DNA of 44,728 nucleotides, filler included, from Jimgerdemannia flammicorona (taxonomy: Eukaryota), in NCBI GenBank assembly GCA_003990765.1. It is 2 parts of 2 records of this genome, joined end to end, with 100 filler letters (N's around TTAATTAATTAA, not from the genome) between each part and the next. Parts side by side here need not be neighbours in the genome. Positions count along the whole stretch, not along the records: positions 22,416 to 44,728 come from RBNJ01001305.1; 1 more part is not named here. One strand, written 5' to 3'. The position numbers were made by a program, and so were the translations under genes. This document shows, one piece after another, positions 22,416-34,879 of the stretch. The notes beneath the pieces were generated by a model. It ran no database searches, had not been told where the DNA came from, and saw nothing but the letters and a program-made list of their open reading frames with translations. Each line of letters opens with the position of its first letter. Within the stretch, counting starts at the first letter, position 1.

Positions 22416-24710
22416 CCAATGTCCAATGTCCCCAATGCCCCCATCCCTTTCTGAACAAGAATACACACTTTCCCCCTCCAAACTACTGTACCCCCCCATT
22501 CCTTAGTCCAATCCTATAAGTCCACATCTGCCTCATAATGAACAACCTGCAACAAAAAGTGATCTGCATCCAGGCCCTTAAGCCAACCAAATATATACTT
22601 CCTCCTAGCCACCCCCCATAGCCTATTAATGTTCAGTGAGAATATCCTAGTTGTACTGTTCATATTGAAGAAATGTTGCAACAAAGACCCCAATCTATAA
22701 TTCCATGCTCATCTCATCTCCTGCCAGATCTAAGCGCTGTTCAGCTTCCAAGTCACCCTCTGCAATATCCTGAGCATCCAGTGCCCCCAAGATTTCCTGA
22801 CATTTCACCCTATCCACTTCCTCCATATCTGCCTGGTAGTCCAAGCAGACTGCACGCCACTTCGCCAGTCCCTTTCTCAAGTTCCACAAGAAAAGTGCCC
22901 TGTCACTTGCAATCTTCCTAAGTTTCTCCTCCTGCTGACCATCAACCTGATATTCAATTGACTCCAGGAGGACAGCTAGGATCTCATTCCTTATCTTCCT
23001 TGGCACCTCCTCCCCCCATAGGATCTCCTCCCAGTGCCTCTCCTCTATCACCCAAAAGTCCTCACCACCTAGTTCTTCAGCCACTACCCCTTCCAGGGTC
23101 TTCCACATCCACTTCTCCTCATCCACTACCTCTGCCGCACCCTGAGCAATTCGTCCCCCATCTACCTCAGAGTCCACTAGCATGCTCCTCCTTACTGACT
23201 CATCCCACTCTTCATCTGGTACATCCATCAGCTCCTCCTCCCCCTCTGCTCCATCCGGAACACTATACTGAGGGCACACACCCTCACCCATTTTGGCATC
23301 TGCTTCCAAATTGCCCTCCCTCTCCTCCCCCACTCCAATCTGAGCCCCACTCTGAGCCATCTCTCCCCCCTCAGCCCAGGTGCTTTCCTGCAACCCTGCA
23401 ACTCCCTCCCCTGAGCTTCCACCAGCCCTACTCCCACTCAACTTCGCCAATAGCTCCTTCTGGATCTGCCTCCCCTGCATCTTCTCCCAGGCCCCCTTCT
23501 CCATCCGGACCCTCTTCCCATCTACCTCCCCCACTACTGTCCTGGCCTCAAACTCCTTCCAGGCTAATCTCCTCCTCACAACCACCCCTTTCAGATCCTC
23601 CAGAGCCTCCAACAGGTCCTCCTCCTCCTCTTGAGTCCCCTTCACCCTTGCGACCTTATACTCCACCGGTCCCCATCTCAACGTTGCTGGCCAGTCCCTC
23701 GACTTCCCCATATTCTCCTTCCCAGTCAGCCTCACCCTGACATCAACATCACTAGATCGAAGCTCCATTCCCTCTCAGACCTTGAACCCAACATTGACAA
23801 TCTTGCCATACTCCTGGATTGCCACCACAATCAACTCTCTGGTCCTCTCCTTCGATATGGTAGGGAGATCCAATACCATCAACTATACTACTCGCGGGTC
23901 CCAGTATATATACTGGGCCATAGGGACCATGACCCCACCAACCATCAACCCCTTCTCCATAGCTGCCAATAAGGTGTCTTCCTCCTCAAACCCCACCTCA
24001 ACCCCTTCCTTTCCCCTCAAAAACTTCACCAATGCTACTCCCTTAGCCTCCTGTGTCACTAGTCCCAAAATCATCCTTGCCATCACCACCAAGCCCCGGA
24101 AGTACATTGTGACCACGAATTCTGACCTCGACTTCTTGAGTAATGGGGCCGACACCATGCCTGTCACCCCATCTGCCAGGTCCCCAGGCCTCATGCCCAC
24201 ACCCAGTCCCAAATTGCCAACTGCCATTACATCTGGATTTTTTTGCCAGATCTCCAGTCACAGCCTCATCAACAGTCACATCTCCAGCCCCTACTCCTAC
24301 TCCTCCCCTGCTACCTGAGACTCCCCTGGGTGCACCTCCCTGTCCCCCAGCAGCAGCCATCAATGCCATCCCCAAGCCCAGCCAACCATCAAGGCCTGAG
24401 GCCATCTTGCTCATTCTGACCTTGTCAGCAAAGGTCAACCTCTCCCCTTCTCTCTGCCTCAGCCTGCCCCTCCCTCTACCACCAGGACCTCAGCTAGCCA
24501 TTGAGGCCCCCGGCATCCCCAAACCATCTCCCCTCCTCTCCACCTGCTGCCAGCCAAAGGCGCTGTCACCCCCCTGGCCAGTATGCTCACTAGTTCGATC
24601 ATTGCCATCCATATTGCTAGTCGCTAAATACCAAAAACATAGTAAAAAGTGTTGTCTGAGTCTTGTGTCACCCAAATGTTACCAGTGAAAGATCAACGAA
24701 CAGCGTGACC
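22416..24710 (-). mobile_element. 5' half of a young L1/Tx1-like LINE inserted into a Gypsy element; cut by the gap
   Basis: Closely colinear with ~38140-40425. ORF2 start MNSTTRIFSLNINRL at 22663. Confidence 0.92.
22695..24612 (-). pseudogene. LINE ORF1, best-preserved copy
   Basis: A 357-aa open stretch at 22695-23768 plus upstream pieces (23883-24227, 24043-24438). RRM-like VLDLPTISKERTRELIVVAIQEYGKIVNVGF. Confidence 0.8.
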
Positions 24711-26502
24711 TCTGTGTTTTCTTCATCTCCTTCCTCTATATCTGGTAAGACTCCTTTGTGGACATTGATAGAAACTCATACCTTTCTTCCTCTGTAGTTG
24801 ATCTGCATCTTCTGGGCATTGAGGTCAATGATGGCCTTGGCCTTGTGAAGCCATTGATTGCCAATGAGAATGTCATAGTTGGTGGTGCTTGTAATAATCA
24901 CATCTACTGGGATAGTAGCTCCTCCTATCTTGATGGGGACTTCTCAGATTTTGCCAAGATGGGTAGCTTGTGTACCATCTGCTGTAAATAGACCATCTTG
25001 GTGGACTCTTCAATGTCCCAACCTAGGCAGTCAATTGCCTTCTTGCTCATAAGGCATTCTCGAGCACCAGTATCAATGATGGCATCAAAGATACAGTCTT
25101 TGATCTGGCAGGGGGTATAGGCTGATATCTTGCACTGGTCTTCGGATTCTTCACCTGAGTTCTCAGATTCTTCTTGTGTATTGTGAGATTCTATAATCTT
25201 GTACTCTTGATTCTTGGCAGTAGTTGTAAGTCCTACTCTCAACTGCTGTCTAAAGGCAGGGACTTCAGCTAGCTGCCCAAAAGTAGCATTGACCTTCTGT
25301 TCCTTGAGGTCCTTGTAGATGTCATACTGGTGGATCTTGGTCTTGCACAGCTTCTGTTCCTTCTTGCTCTTGCTTTCTCCTGAGACTGGAGTAGTGCCTT
25401 CAATAATTTGGCAGACAGCTTCGTCTAACTCTATGTCTTGATCAATCTCCTTGGGTTAGGTCTTGCTTTGAATAGTGACAGCTGGAGTCTTCTTTGGTCT
25501 TCTAACTGGCTTGCTATTGCTCTTCTTGTCATAGGGCTTGGACTGGGTTCTGGTACCTTCAGTAGCAGGGTAGAATTTGAACTCCTCGTAGTATTCTTTG
25601 TCATCAGTATCACTGATCTCCTTGATGACTACTGCATTGGCTTGTTCTCTGGTTCTGCTAGCATTGCTTGGTTGGGCTTTGCATCTCATTTCGGTCATGC
25701 AACTCTTTGCATAGTGGCCTTCTTCTCAACATCTGAAGCATGTGATATTATGTTCTTCTGTAGCAGCTGCAAATCTCTGCACTGGTCTCCTGTTGGCACT
25801 TTGGACTTCTCTAACAACATCACTGAGATATGCAGTCATCTCAGCAAACTGCTTGACAAGTTCTTCCACTGGGTCAGCTTTGGCTGTCTTGGGGGTAGGT
25901 GGGGTTGGTTGTCTGTTTACAACTGTGGCAGGTAAGATACTAGTTGGCTTTGATAGCTCCATCTTGATGCCAGTTATTTTCTCTATTGAGTGTTCAGCAG
26001 AGTGTCTGGCAGTCTAATATCTCTGTACAAAGACCACTTTCTGATCAAGAGTCAGTGCAGCTGGGGTAGACTGGATTGCTAGGGCAATTTCAGGGTGAAC
26101 TCGTTTGAGGAAGATTGAATCTGCTATTTGTTCCTTGAGGCAGTCATCTGAGCCAGCTGAGACAATCTGGTGGCAGATTCGGGTATAGAATGAGTTGGGA
26201 TCTTCACTAAGTCCCTGGCAGATAGTATTGAGTTGATCCTTGAGAGCTTGCTTGATCTCTTTGGTATAATATGTTGTTCTGAGGATGACCTTCATGTTGG
26301 TAAGTTTGACTGCATCAGTACCAGCAATGGTGGCTGCATTAAACTTGTCTCTGGCAGGTCCTCTGAGACTGACTGGTAGAAGGGCCAATTGAGCATCTAC
26401 ACCTAGGGCTTGTATGGTGGCAAATTGTTCAAAGTCTTCAATGAAGGTCAGGATTGACTCTTCAGTAGTATATCCATAGAATGTGGGGGGATACATTTCC
26501 AT
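24711..26502 (-). pseudogene. Ty3/Gypsy gag-protease (truncated before RT)
   Basis: Gag MEMYPPTFYG...FIEDFEQFA...LRGPARD...ICQGLSEDPNSFYTRI; CCHC knuckle CFRC*EEGHYAKSC (~25700-25745); aspartic protease AIIDTGARECLMS (~25045-25085) with downstream YDILIGNQWL. Confidence 0.9.
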
Positions 26503-26602
26503 CTTATCTTGAATTCTTACAGGGATGACTCTTGTAGTCAGGGTAGTTGTTGTGGGGGTTATTCGTTTTTCAGCTTGAAAGTGAGGGATTCATCTTGAAT
26601 CA

Positions 26603-26619
26603 CCAGCCAATAGGTACCA
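26603..26619 (-). promoter_or_regulatory. Putative primer-binding site TGGTACCTATTGGCTGG
   Basis: Begins with TGG 3 nt after the LTR end and lies before gag. It is absent after the other LTR A copy. The cognate tRNA is not assigned. Confidence 0.65.
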
Positions 26620-26622
26620 AGT

Positions 26623-28151
26623 TGTCATGTAGTGGTCGCTGAGTCCTTCAAATATGCCAGATTCTCTTCAAGGTGTATCTCTTAGACTAACTCAAGTTGT
26701 TATAAGCAAGTTCTTATTGGAGTGCCTTCCTAAGGTCTTATAGTCCTCAAACTTCTTATCTTTTAACTGTCTTGTTATCTCTTAGATTGCTTGCAAGAAA
26801 GTGTGTATAAGTGAAACTGGAACTGACTTTATTTTAGAGGAAATAAGAGGGGTATTTATACAAAATATAATTCAATGGTTGCTAAGATATAAAGCTAAAT
26901 ATAAATTTCAATAACTAAAACTACTAAGTTCCAGGGCTAGCATTATTTAGCATCACATCAAAATGCTGGTGCTGGAATAATTTCACATCACCTCAGAATA
27001 CTGGTGCTGGCATTATCCAGTATTATATGAGAATACTAGTGCTGGCATTATCCAGTGTAATACAGAACTCAAAGCAGAAAGTTAAGGACTATGGGAGCTT
27101 CATCCTCATCATCATCATCACTGAAGGAGATGAGATCCACAAATTTGTCATGCAGGTCATGTGTTTTGTGTCCGTCGCATGCTTTGGGTATGTCATGTGG
27201 GATGATGTCATCACCAATAACGTCATCACATTTGGCTGTGGTAGGAAAATCAGGAACAAGATCTGGAGCTCTCTAGTCTATGAGGTTCTCTTCCACAAAG
27301 TAGGAAACAAATGTGGGGTCTTGGGGAGGTCTAACCTGGATGCTTGGACCTTGGAATACTGAGATCAATCCTTGCAGGAATTAGTCTGGGTTGTCCTGAA
27401 GGATAGGGTACCAGAAGTCTTCTACTTCTTCACTGTTGAGGGTGATAGTAGACCAAGCTTCTGTAGCCACTCTGGCTTCTAGTACATTGATATGGCAGGA
27501 TGATAGATCTCTGAAGTCTGAGACTCTAACATACTCCAAGTTGGGGATCGACCATGGTACATGCCTGAAGATCTGATGGATCTTCTTAGCTGTCCTTGTT
27601 TCGCGTATATATATCCATGAGAGTGGCATCTTGTAGCTCTTGGGTACTGGCTTGTAGGAACTCTCAGTAGAGGAGGTTTCCTATTTCATACTCCTGCCAC
27701 ATTTGGAGGTATTTGGTAGCAATAGTGATCCTTGTTTCCATTTCACAGCAGTAGAGAATGAAGTGATAAGGGTCTGCAGTATCCAGGTTAACACTAGGAG
27801 TCCTTCTTGAGCAGGTCCTCATGACTCTTCTGATGTCTTGGAACATCCTTTCCTTGACCGAGATACCTTGGTGATTCCTTGATCTTGAGGTTTGGTGGGC
27901 AGCAGGCATTTCATTTGTAGTAAGTCTTTGAGCTATTTTGGGATTGGTGGTTCTTGTTAGTTGCTACTACTGTAATTCCTTGATCCTTCTTTTATATTCT
28001 TCAGGATGCTTGTGCTGTGGTCACAATGACTCACAGTTGGTCATCATTGCTCATCTCATATGCTGTATGATCTTCTTGTGTTCCGATCTGGTGGCTTGTA
28101 AGGAAAGACTGTCTCCAGTGCTGATGTCATCATTCTGAAGTCACTATTATA
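26623..28151 (-). mobile_element. 5' LTR (family A, ~1529 bp) of the Gypsy element
   Basis: Starts TATAATAGTG (TG->TA decayed) exactly where LTR C homology is interrupted and ends CACTACATGACA, followed by PBS and gag. No polypurine tract or internal boundary seen between the ORF and the LTR end. Confidence 0.82.
27069..27909 (-). pseudogene. LTR-A-encoded ORF (~280 aa), unknown function
   Basis: Runs from ATG 27909 to TGA 27069. Lesions: TGA 27664-27666, a frameshift in the TA run near 27606-27614, TAA 27381-27383 and TAG 27273-27275 (TGG in the copy at 1-288). Confidence 0.8.
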
Positions 28152-28875
28152 CTATCAATAAGCAACTCTTAGCAAAGCTAAGCAACTGTTCAATCTATTT
28201 ATTAACAACTATATTTATATCATTGCAAAAAGGTTATATATTCTTTTTTGTACTCAACCTTAAGTTCTTAATCACCTCTATAGAGTATCTCCTGAGAATA
28301 TTATTAATTTGACTAATAAATACTAGAGTATCACTACTTTTCAAGAAGTTCAATATACAGCCCTCTAGTTTGATGAGTATCTAGAATTCAGTATTAACTT
28401 TAATGAGTAGATTCTGATAAAAAAGAAAAAGATATAATTGTTTATTATATATTAATAAGCCACTGAAATTTCTAATAGAAATTTTAATAAGTAGTTATAA
28501 GTACTATATAATATAACTATATATATATAAATATATCCAATATACTGTATTTAGTCATAACTTGGAATCTGTATAAATACCCTCTATAGTGAGTGAGTTA
28601 TAACCTCAGCTCTACTTTTTTCAATATAAGAATAAGGTAATATTCTTATCAAAGAACTCTCAGATCTGATATATTAATAATTCAAAGCCTGATCAACTTA
28701 GAATATAAATATAGTGCCTTTATTAGTATAAAAACCTAAAAGCAATACTTGGACTATACTACTGCAACAAATAATTGGAACTTAGTGCTTTCTTACAAGA
28801 ACTCAGAACTTAGGGCTAATAGTTATCTTGATTATCTACAATGTATTAATTCTATTAGTATATAGTTTTATTATA
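28152..28875 (+). mobile_element. 3' part of a family C LTR, interrupted by the Gypsy/LTR A insertion
   Basis: Reverse-complement match to 8759-9487. The frame from 28153 reads YQ*ATLSKAKQLFNLFINNYIYIIAKRLYILFCTQP*VLNHLYRVSPENIINLTN. TATAAATACC at 28572; ends TTATTATA. Confidence 0.85.
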
Positions 28876-30026
28876 TAATAGCTGTCATATTGCTGGCCTC
28901 AGTGCTGACCTAGTTGGCTGATTATTTTTATTAATATATATCTTACCTAGTAGATCTATGATAATATACTCATAGTTCATAAGTCTTATATTATAATTAT
29001 AGTTATAATATTTATTTCTCAATTCTTTTATTTTTTTTGTAATTTATTACTTTATAAAACTTTAAGTTTATTTCTGAATATAACATTTTGATCAGTAACT
29101 TAATTAGATAAATTTATATAATATCAATACTCTCTTATATAAAATTATAGATACTACTAAGAAAAGAGGTTTTTATATATTTACTACTTCATTACTATCA
29201 GTAATTCATTTGCTGTTACCAAATAAACTTAGATATATATTGATATCTATCCTACCCCTCTCTCACTTCTAACTACCATATATGTCCTACTTTAATACTT
29301 TGTATTTGTGTATTGAGCCAACTATATATAGAGTGAGAATTTGTATTATTCAATCTAATTCAAAATGTTCTTCATAGATATTGGCCAGAATATAGTATAA
29401 AGCTAGATGAAGTTAGATTATATGACTAGTTATGATTAGTTAGTCTATTCAATATCAATATTCTGAAAATTGTGAGAATATTAACATAGTTTTATAAGAT
29501 TTATCTAACTAGTTATTCTCATAATAATATCCTTATTATAAATAATATCTTGTATGTTTCTTATAATTATACCTACTCTGTCAACATTCTTTCCCTCTCT
29601 ATTCTATACATACTCCTCTATTCTACTTATCTACCTCTTATTATTATGATAACATTTACCTTTCTATCTTAATTACTATAGTCTACTATTTATAAGTAGA
29701 GAGTTATTATTATAAATGAAAATATATAAGATATTATTTTTAGTTTAGCTTTTCTCTACTCTCTCCTCCCTCTACATATACTCAGATATATATAAAAAGC
29801 TTCTATATATCTTTGCTCTTTGACTTCCAATTATAGATCTCTAAGATGTTCTATTATTATTATATGTATAGATAAATAAGAGTCTTATAGAGAAATAATT
29901 ATAAATATATCAATTGGTCTAATGTGAGATATAATTGCAAACCTTATATAATGAAATGTTAAAGATCCAAAAACTACTATTTTGATAATGAGTTTTTAGT
30001 ATGTAATAAAGATATATATATTAGTA

Positions 30027-30052
30027 ATATATATATATATATATATATATAT
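30027..30052. repeat. (TA)n microsatellite at the 3' end of the old LINE
   Basis: Direct reading. Confidence 0.9.
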
Positions 30053-30749
30053 TTTATAGTCACTTAGACTTCTTTATTACCCTAACATAAATCTATATAT
30101 AATATATAAAGCTACAAGTTTCACTAGCCACCAATAAAGGCATTTCTAAGAAGACACCAATTGTTTTCCTAGAAGAGTATTAACTAATACTGACTTTCTA
30201 CTATACTCTACTATCACTCAATACTAAATGCCCTCAGCTCTCTAAAACAATATTCTATATCTTCTTCACTGTCTCAACCTCCAGCTGCTTCCTCTGATAC
30301 TACTACCCTTATACTATCTCTCAAAAAAGCCATCTCTATCTCTCTATCAATTCTCTAATTCTCATCTATAGAATATCCTCAAAAACCTACTACTAGTATG
30401 AGGTCATCAAGATCTATACTCCTAAAATCTGACCAAGACTACCCCAAACATCACCAACCTCTCCCACCAGATGTCTCTATATTACTACACTGATAGAATC
30501 TCTGGAATAAGCTGCTAAGATATACTCTGATATCTGAACTATCTCTCTATAGAGCTCAGCATATCACTTATAATCCCAACAGCCATCTATCTCCATTCAG
30601 TCCATCTGATAGCACAGTATTACATTCCTCCTCAAAAATCTCCACTATACTACCCAGTATTGAGAGGGTACTACATATCTAATGCAAAGCAGCTATCCAA
30701 TATCAGACCCATCTCTATTTATATATCTTACTAATTCCAGCCATCTGCC

Positions 30750-31347
30750 TAGTGCTCCTAATAAGTCAATTTAATCTAGATTAGATTCAGATTGATTTGA
30801 ATCAACTATTGTTTTGATTTTCAAATTAGACAATTAAATATTTACATCAATAACTCAATGAATAATTATATAATTTTGATGATCTTGGTGTCATTTGAAG
30901 CCCTTAATAAGGCCTATCTAATGATACTAAGAATATTGAAATCAGATCATATATTGCTGAGTTATAAAGGAAAACATCTGAATTACTAATTTTGGAAATT
31001 ATTTGATTTGTTGATTTTGGAAATTTCATCAAATAGATCATTTTTCTTAATATCTTAGCAATGTATAATCCTATTTTAATATTCTTGGTATTATTAGAAA
31101 GGCCTTATTAAGGGCTTTCATATAATACCAAGATCATCAAATATGGATGATTATTTATCGAGTTATTGATATAAATATTTAATTGTCTAATTTGAAAATC
31201 AAAACAATAGTTGATTCGAATCCATCTGGATGGGATTCAAATCCCATTCAAGTTGATCCAGATGGGATTTGAATCCCATCCAAGTTGATCCAGATGAGAT
31301 TCAAATTCCATCTGAATTCTATTCAGATTGACTCATTTAGAGCACTA
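30750..31347. mobile_element. Non-autonomous hAT-type MITE (598 bp), largely palindromic
   Basis: Termini TAGTGCTC...GAGCACTA; 8-bp TSD CATCTGCC (30742-30749) / TATCTGCC (31348-31355); long inverted arms ~30790-30990 vs ~31030-31230. Confidence 0.88.
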
Positions 31348-34300
31348 TATCTGCCAACCAACTAGCCATCTCTCAAGAGGCCATATCCTAGCTCATTTTA
31401 TTGCCTCTACTAAGAAATACTCCTCCAATGATCTATCACTCACCCTGAGTAAATCCAGTCTCCATCACTACTGCTCAGAGTTGACAACCTCCCCAACATC
31501 AGGCCCAGGTATTCTATGGCCAGTCAGACCTCCACAATACTCTACCAGAATCCTTTATTTCACAATCTGTTAACCCTCTCCACTTAGAGCAGTCTTCTCA
31601 TATTTTTCCACTCCTCACCCCTGGGGCAGAATCTGATCTCTCAATTTTCCATCACTAGCCTACCCTATCCTCCCTTACTCAGTTCTATAAGGTGATATCC
31701 TCACCAGCTCTGAAGTGTCTTCAACTATTGCCAAAAGTCCACCAGCCCCAGGCCTCTATTAGTCATCTGTAGAATCAATGACTCTTAGTTAATCTATAGT
31801 TACCTCTTTTGCCACAGCTACTCTTTAACAGCCTTCTTCAACCACTGTACCACCCACTTAGGGAAGTCTAAGTAATATCTCAGATACTACAACTTATGCA
31901 ACCAATATACATTTAAAACCACTACTTGGCCCACCAGAGAGAAATTCCACCCAGATCAGTCTGTCAGTATACTCTTCTATTTCTGTATCATCTCTTATCA
32001 CCACTCTCTTAGCAGAACTGTTTCATATACTGAGAACTAAATTCCAAGATACTAAACAGTCTCTCCAGCAAGCATAACTTACTCAAACCCACTCTCTACC
32101 TCTAAACTAGTACTAAGCTCCAGAGTCTCACATTTTCTTCAGTTCAACTTTACCTCAGCCAACCTCTCATAATGTTCAATTCCTTTCTACAAAATGTCCA
32201 CATCCTCAGTACAACTTAGCCCAACTATTATATTATCTGCAAATGCCCCCAACTTCCAAACCACCTCACCCAAATACAATCTAGTTAGCTGTCTCTTTAG
32301 TTAGGCCAATACCAGTTTCAAGAAAAGAATATAAAAGAGGAGAGAGAGCAGATCTCTCTGTAAAACTCCTCTACCTAAGACAAACTCCAGACCATATCAA
32401 TCATTCATCAGAACTGCTACCTGATAGCCATATACCAAACCCATAAGCCTTTCAATCTCCCCTGCACTGAACCCAGCTTTTCTCAATATAATTTCCAGAT
32501 AATTCTACTATACTCTATCATACACCTTCTCTTGATCCAAGAAGACCATTCTCTCATTAACCTGATAACTCCTACAGTATTCTAAGATATTTTGCATCTA
32601 GGCAGTATTATCATTGATCTGCTGCTCCTTCACAAATTCTCTCTACTCCTCATCTACCAGCCTGCCAATTTATTGCTATATTCTCTCTACCAAGATCTTT
32701 GAGATCAATTCTCTATCCACATTTAATAACATAATTAGCTACTAGTTCTGCTATATCCTCCTATCACTCTTTTCCTTATATAATAAAGATACTAATTATA
32801 AATCACCATTTCCAATCCATCTATCTCCTTTCAGTATACAATTCACTATCTCAATAAGCCAAGCACTAAATTAAGTATAGAATTTCTTCCAAAACTCCCA
32901 AGGCAGCCCATCTTCTCTAGGTGAAAAACTACCCAGCACCTCCTACAGAACTCTCAATATCTCTTCCAGAGATACTCTGCTCATTACAGCAGTACTCATC
33001 TCTGGCAGTGCTACTACTGGCCAGCTCTATACCAAAGAGACAATCCTAACATCTAATACACCATTCTCTCCATCCTCACTATTATCACTCAGAGAGCCTA
33101 TCACTATCTAGAGATCTTCTTAAGTATATCAGCAATGCCAAAGACCTCAACCCCATTCTTTTATAAGACCAACACTTAGCTATACTATACCCTCCTGGCC
33201 TTTAAGATATCAGAAAGATACTTAGTTGGCTGCTCTCCTTTCTCTAACTGCCAGGTCAATAGTTGAGCCAGTAGGTCATTTATTACTCTATTCTCTACCT
33301 CTCTCATATCTGACCATAATTCTATTATCTCCTTAATGAGCTGATGATGAATCTCTCTTGTCAGTATCTCTTTCAACAATTGCAACTACCACTGCAGACT
33401 CTTATCAATCCTCCTCTCCTTGTCCTTCTGCTCCTTTCCAGCCACCTTCCCAATATCCCACTAAGAGACATCTGTTAAGTACTTAAATCTATCCCACTAC
33501 TCTACAACTAATAGCCCTCCATTCTTTTATTATACTACTTCTCTCTTGGCCAAGATCACAAAGTGTTCTCTCTCTATCTACCATCTGAGCAAGACTATAT
33601 AAGGTACCAGTACTCTCTCTCACCTCTTATAGTCTGAAATCTTCCTCACATCTCTACTTTCCAATGATCCTACCATGGGCACCAATATACTTCTACAATG
33701 TTCAATACATTACTCCAATGTTCTGCTACTAGCATCCAGTCAATTCTTGTTCTCACTAGCTCATTACTAACTTAGTACTATCTGGTAAAGGGCTCTGACC
33801 TATCTCCTACTTACAACTGTATACCATCCACCAGCCTCAAACCTTTCTCTGTCTGAAGCCACTGAGAAAGTCTCTGAGAGACAGCTGCATTAGCTCCATC
33901 ATCAGACCTATTTAGTATATGATTATATATTATATTAAAGTCTTCTTCCAAAATGTCCAACCCAATAGCCTCCCAATTTTTCTATACTTACTACTCCTCA
34001 ATCTATTGCTTTTGCTCTCTGCCAACTACTAGTAAGTATGCAGAGTCCACCAATAGTCCATTATCTGCTCCTTTCTTCAATCTACTCCAAACTAGCTAAT
34101 TACTATATATGTTCACATCCACCAGCTCACCCTTGCCAACTCTAACTAGAATACCAACTTACTTATTCCAACCAGTACAACCAAACCATTTCTCACTCCA
34201 CTCCTCATAGTCAATTATATTATAAGCTCAAACATTCTGAAGAAGTGCTACATTATATCTTCTGACCTTCAGCTATCAAAATAAATACCACTGCTTAACC

Positions 34301-34879
34301 CTATCTCTCAGACTACTAATATTGAGTAATAAAATATATAAACTGTTTATCATCAAGAGACAAGTATTTATAAAACTACTGCTACTGTCACTATCTTCTC
34401 AGCCCTGCTCTTGATGATGTTCTGATGTTCTTTACAGTCTACACTCTAGATGCACTCTCAATTCTCACTACTACAAAAAAGGTCCACCTGCTCTGATACT
34501 ACCTTTTGAATATCTATTATTCTGCTATTATCAATCTTATATCTCTCATTCTCTAAGAGGGCAGCTACCATTGCTATTATCAGTTTTGACCTCTGTATCA
34601 CCATATTGAGAAACTCTTCTCAAGCCTCCTGAGATCAATAAAACACATCTACTTTTTTTTTTTTTTTTTTTTATAGTCACTTGGACTGCCCTTTATTACT
34701 GAAGTCTATAGTTCTAACAATACAATGTCACCCCCACCCTCAACCAATGCCCCATAGACCCCACCCTCCCCTCTCGACCTCCCCCTGCCTGAGCACTACC
34801 CAATTACCCACTACTCAAATCCTCCCACCACTCTTATGGGAGATACACTGCACTAAACCCCTGCAGTACCCCCCACCCA

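Noticed and set aside
1..28875. Giant inverted repeats (1-774 vs 26623-27356; 8759-9487 vs 28152-28875) as termini of one large DNA element or DIRS
   Set aside because: They are independent LTR copies with their own ends and flanks, and an artificial gap separates them.
28876..30026. Possible transposase relic
   Set aside because: Composition suggests a decayed repeat, but the frames I translated gave no identifiable motif.
31229..31315. Palindromic repeats resembling CRISPR direct repeats
   Set aside because: No variable spacers; they are subterminal repeats of a TSD-flanked MITE.
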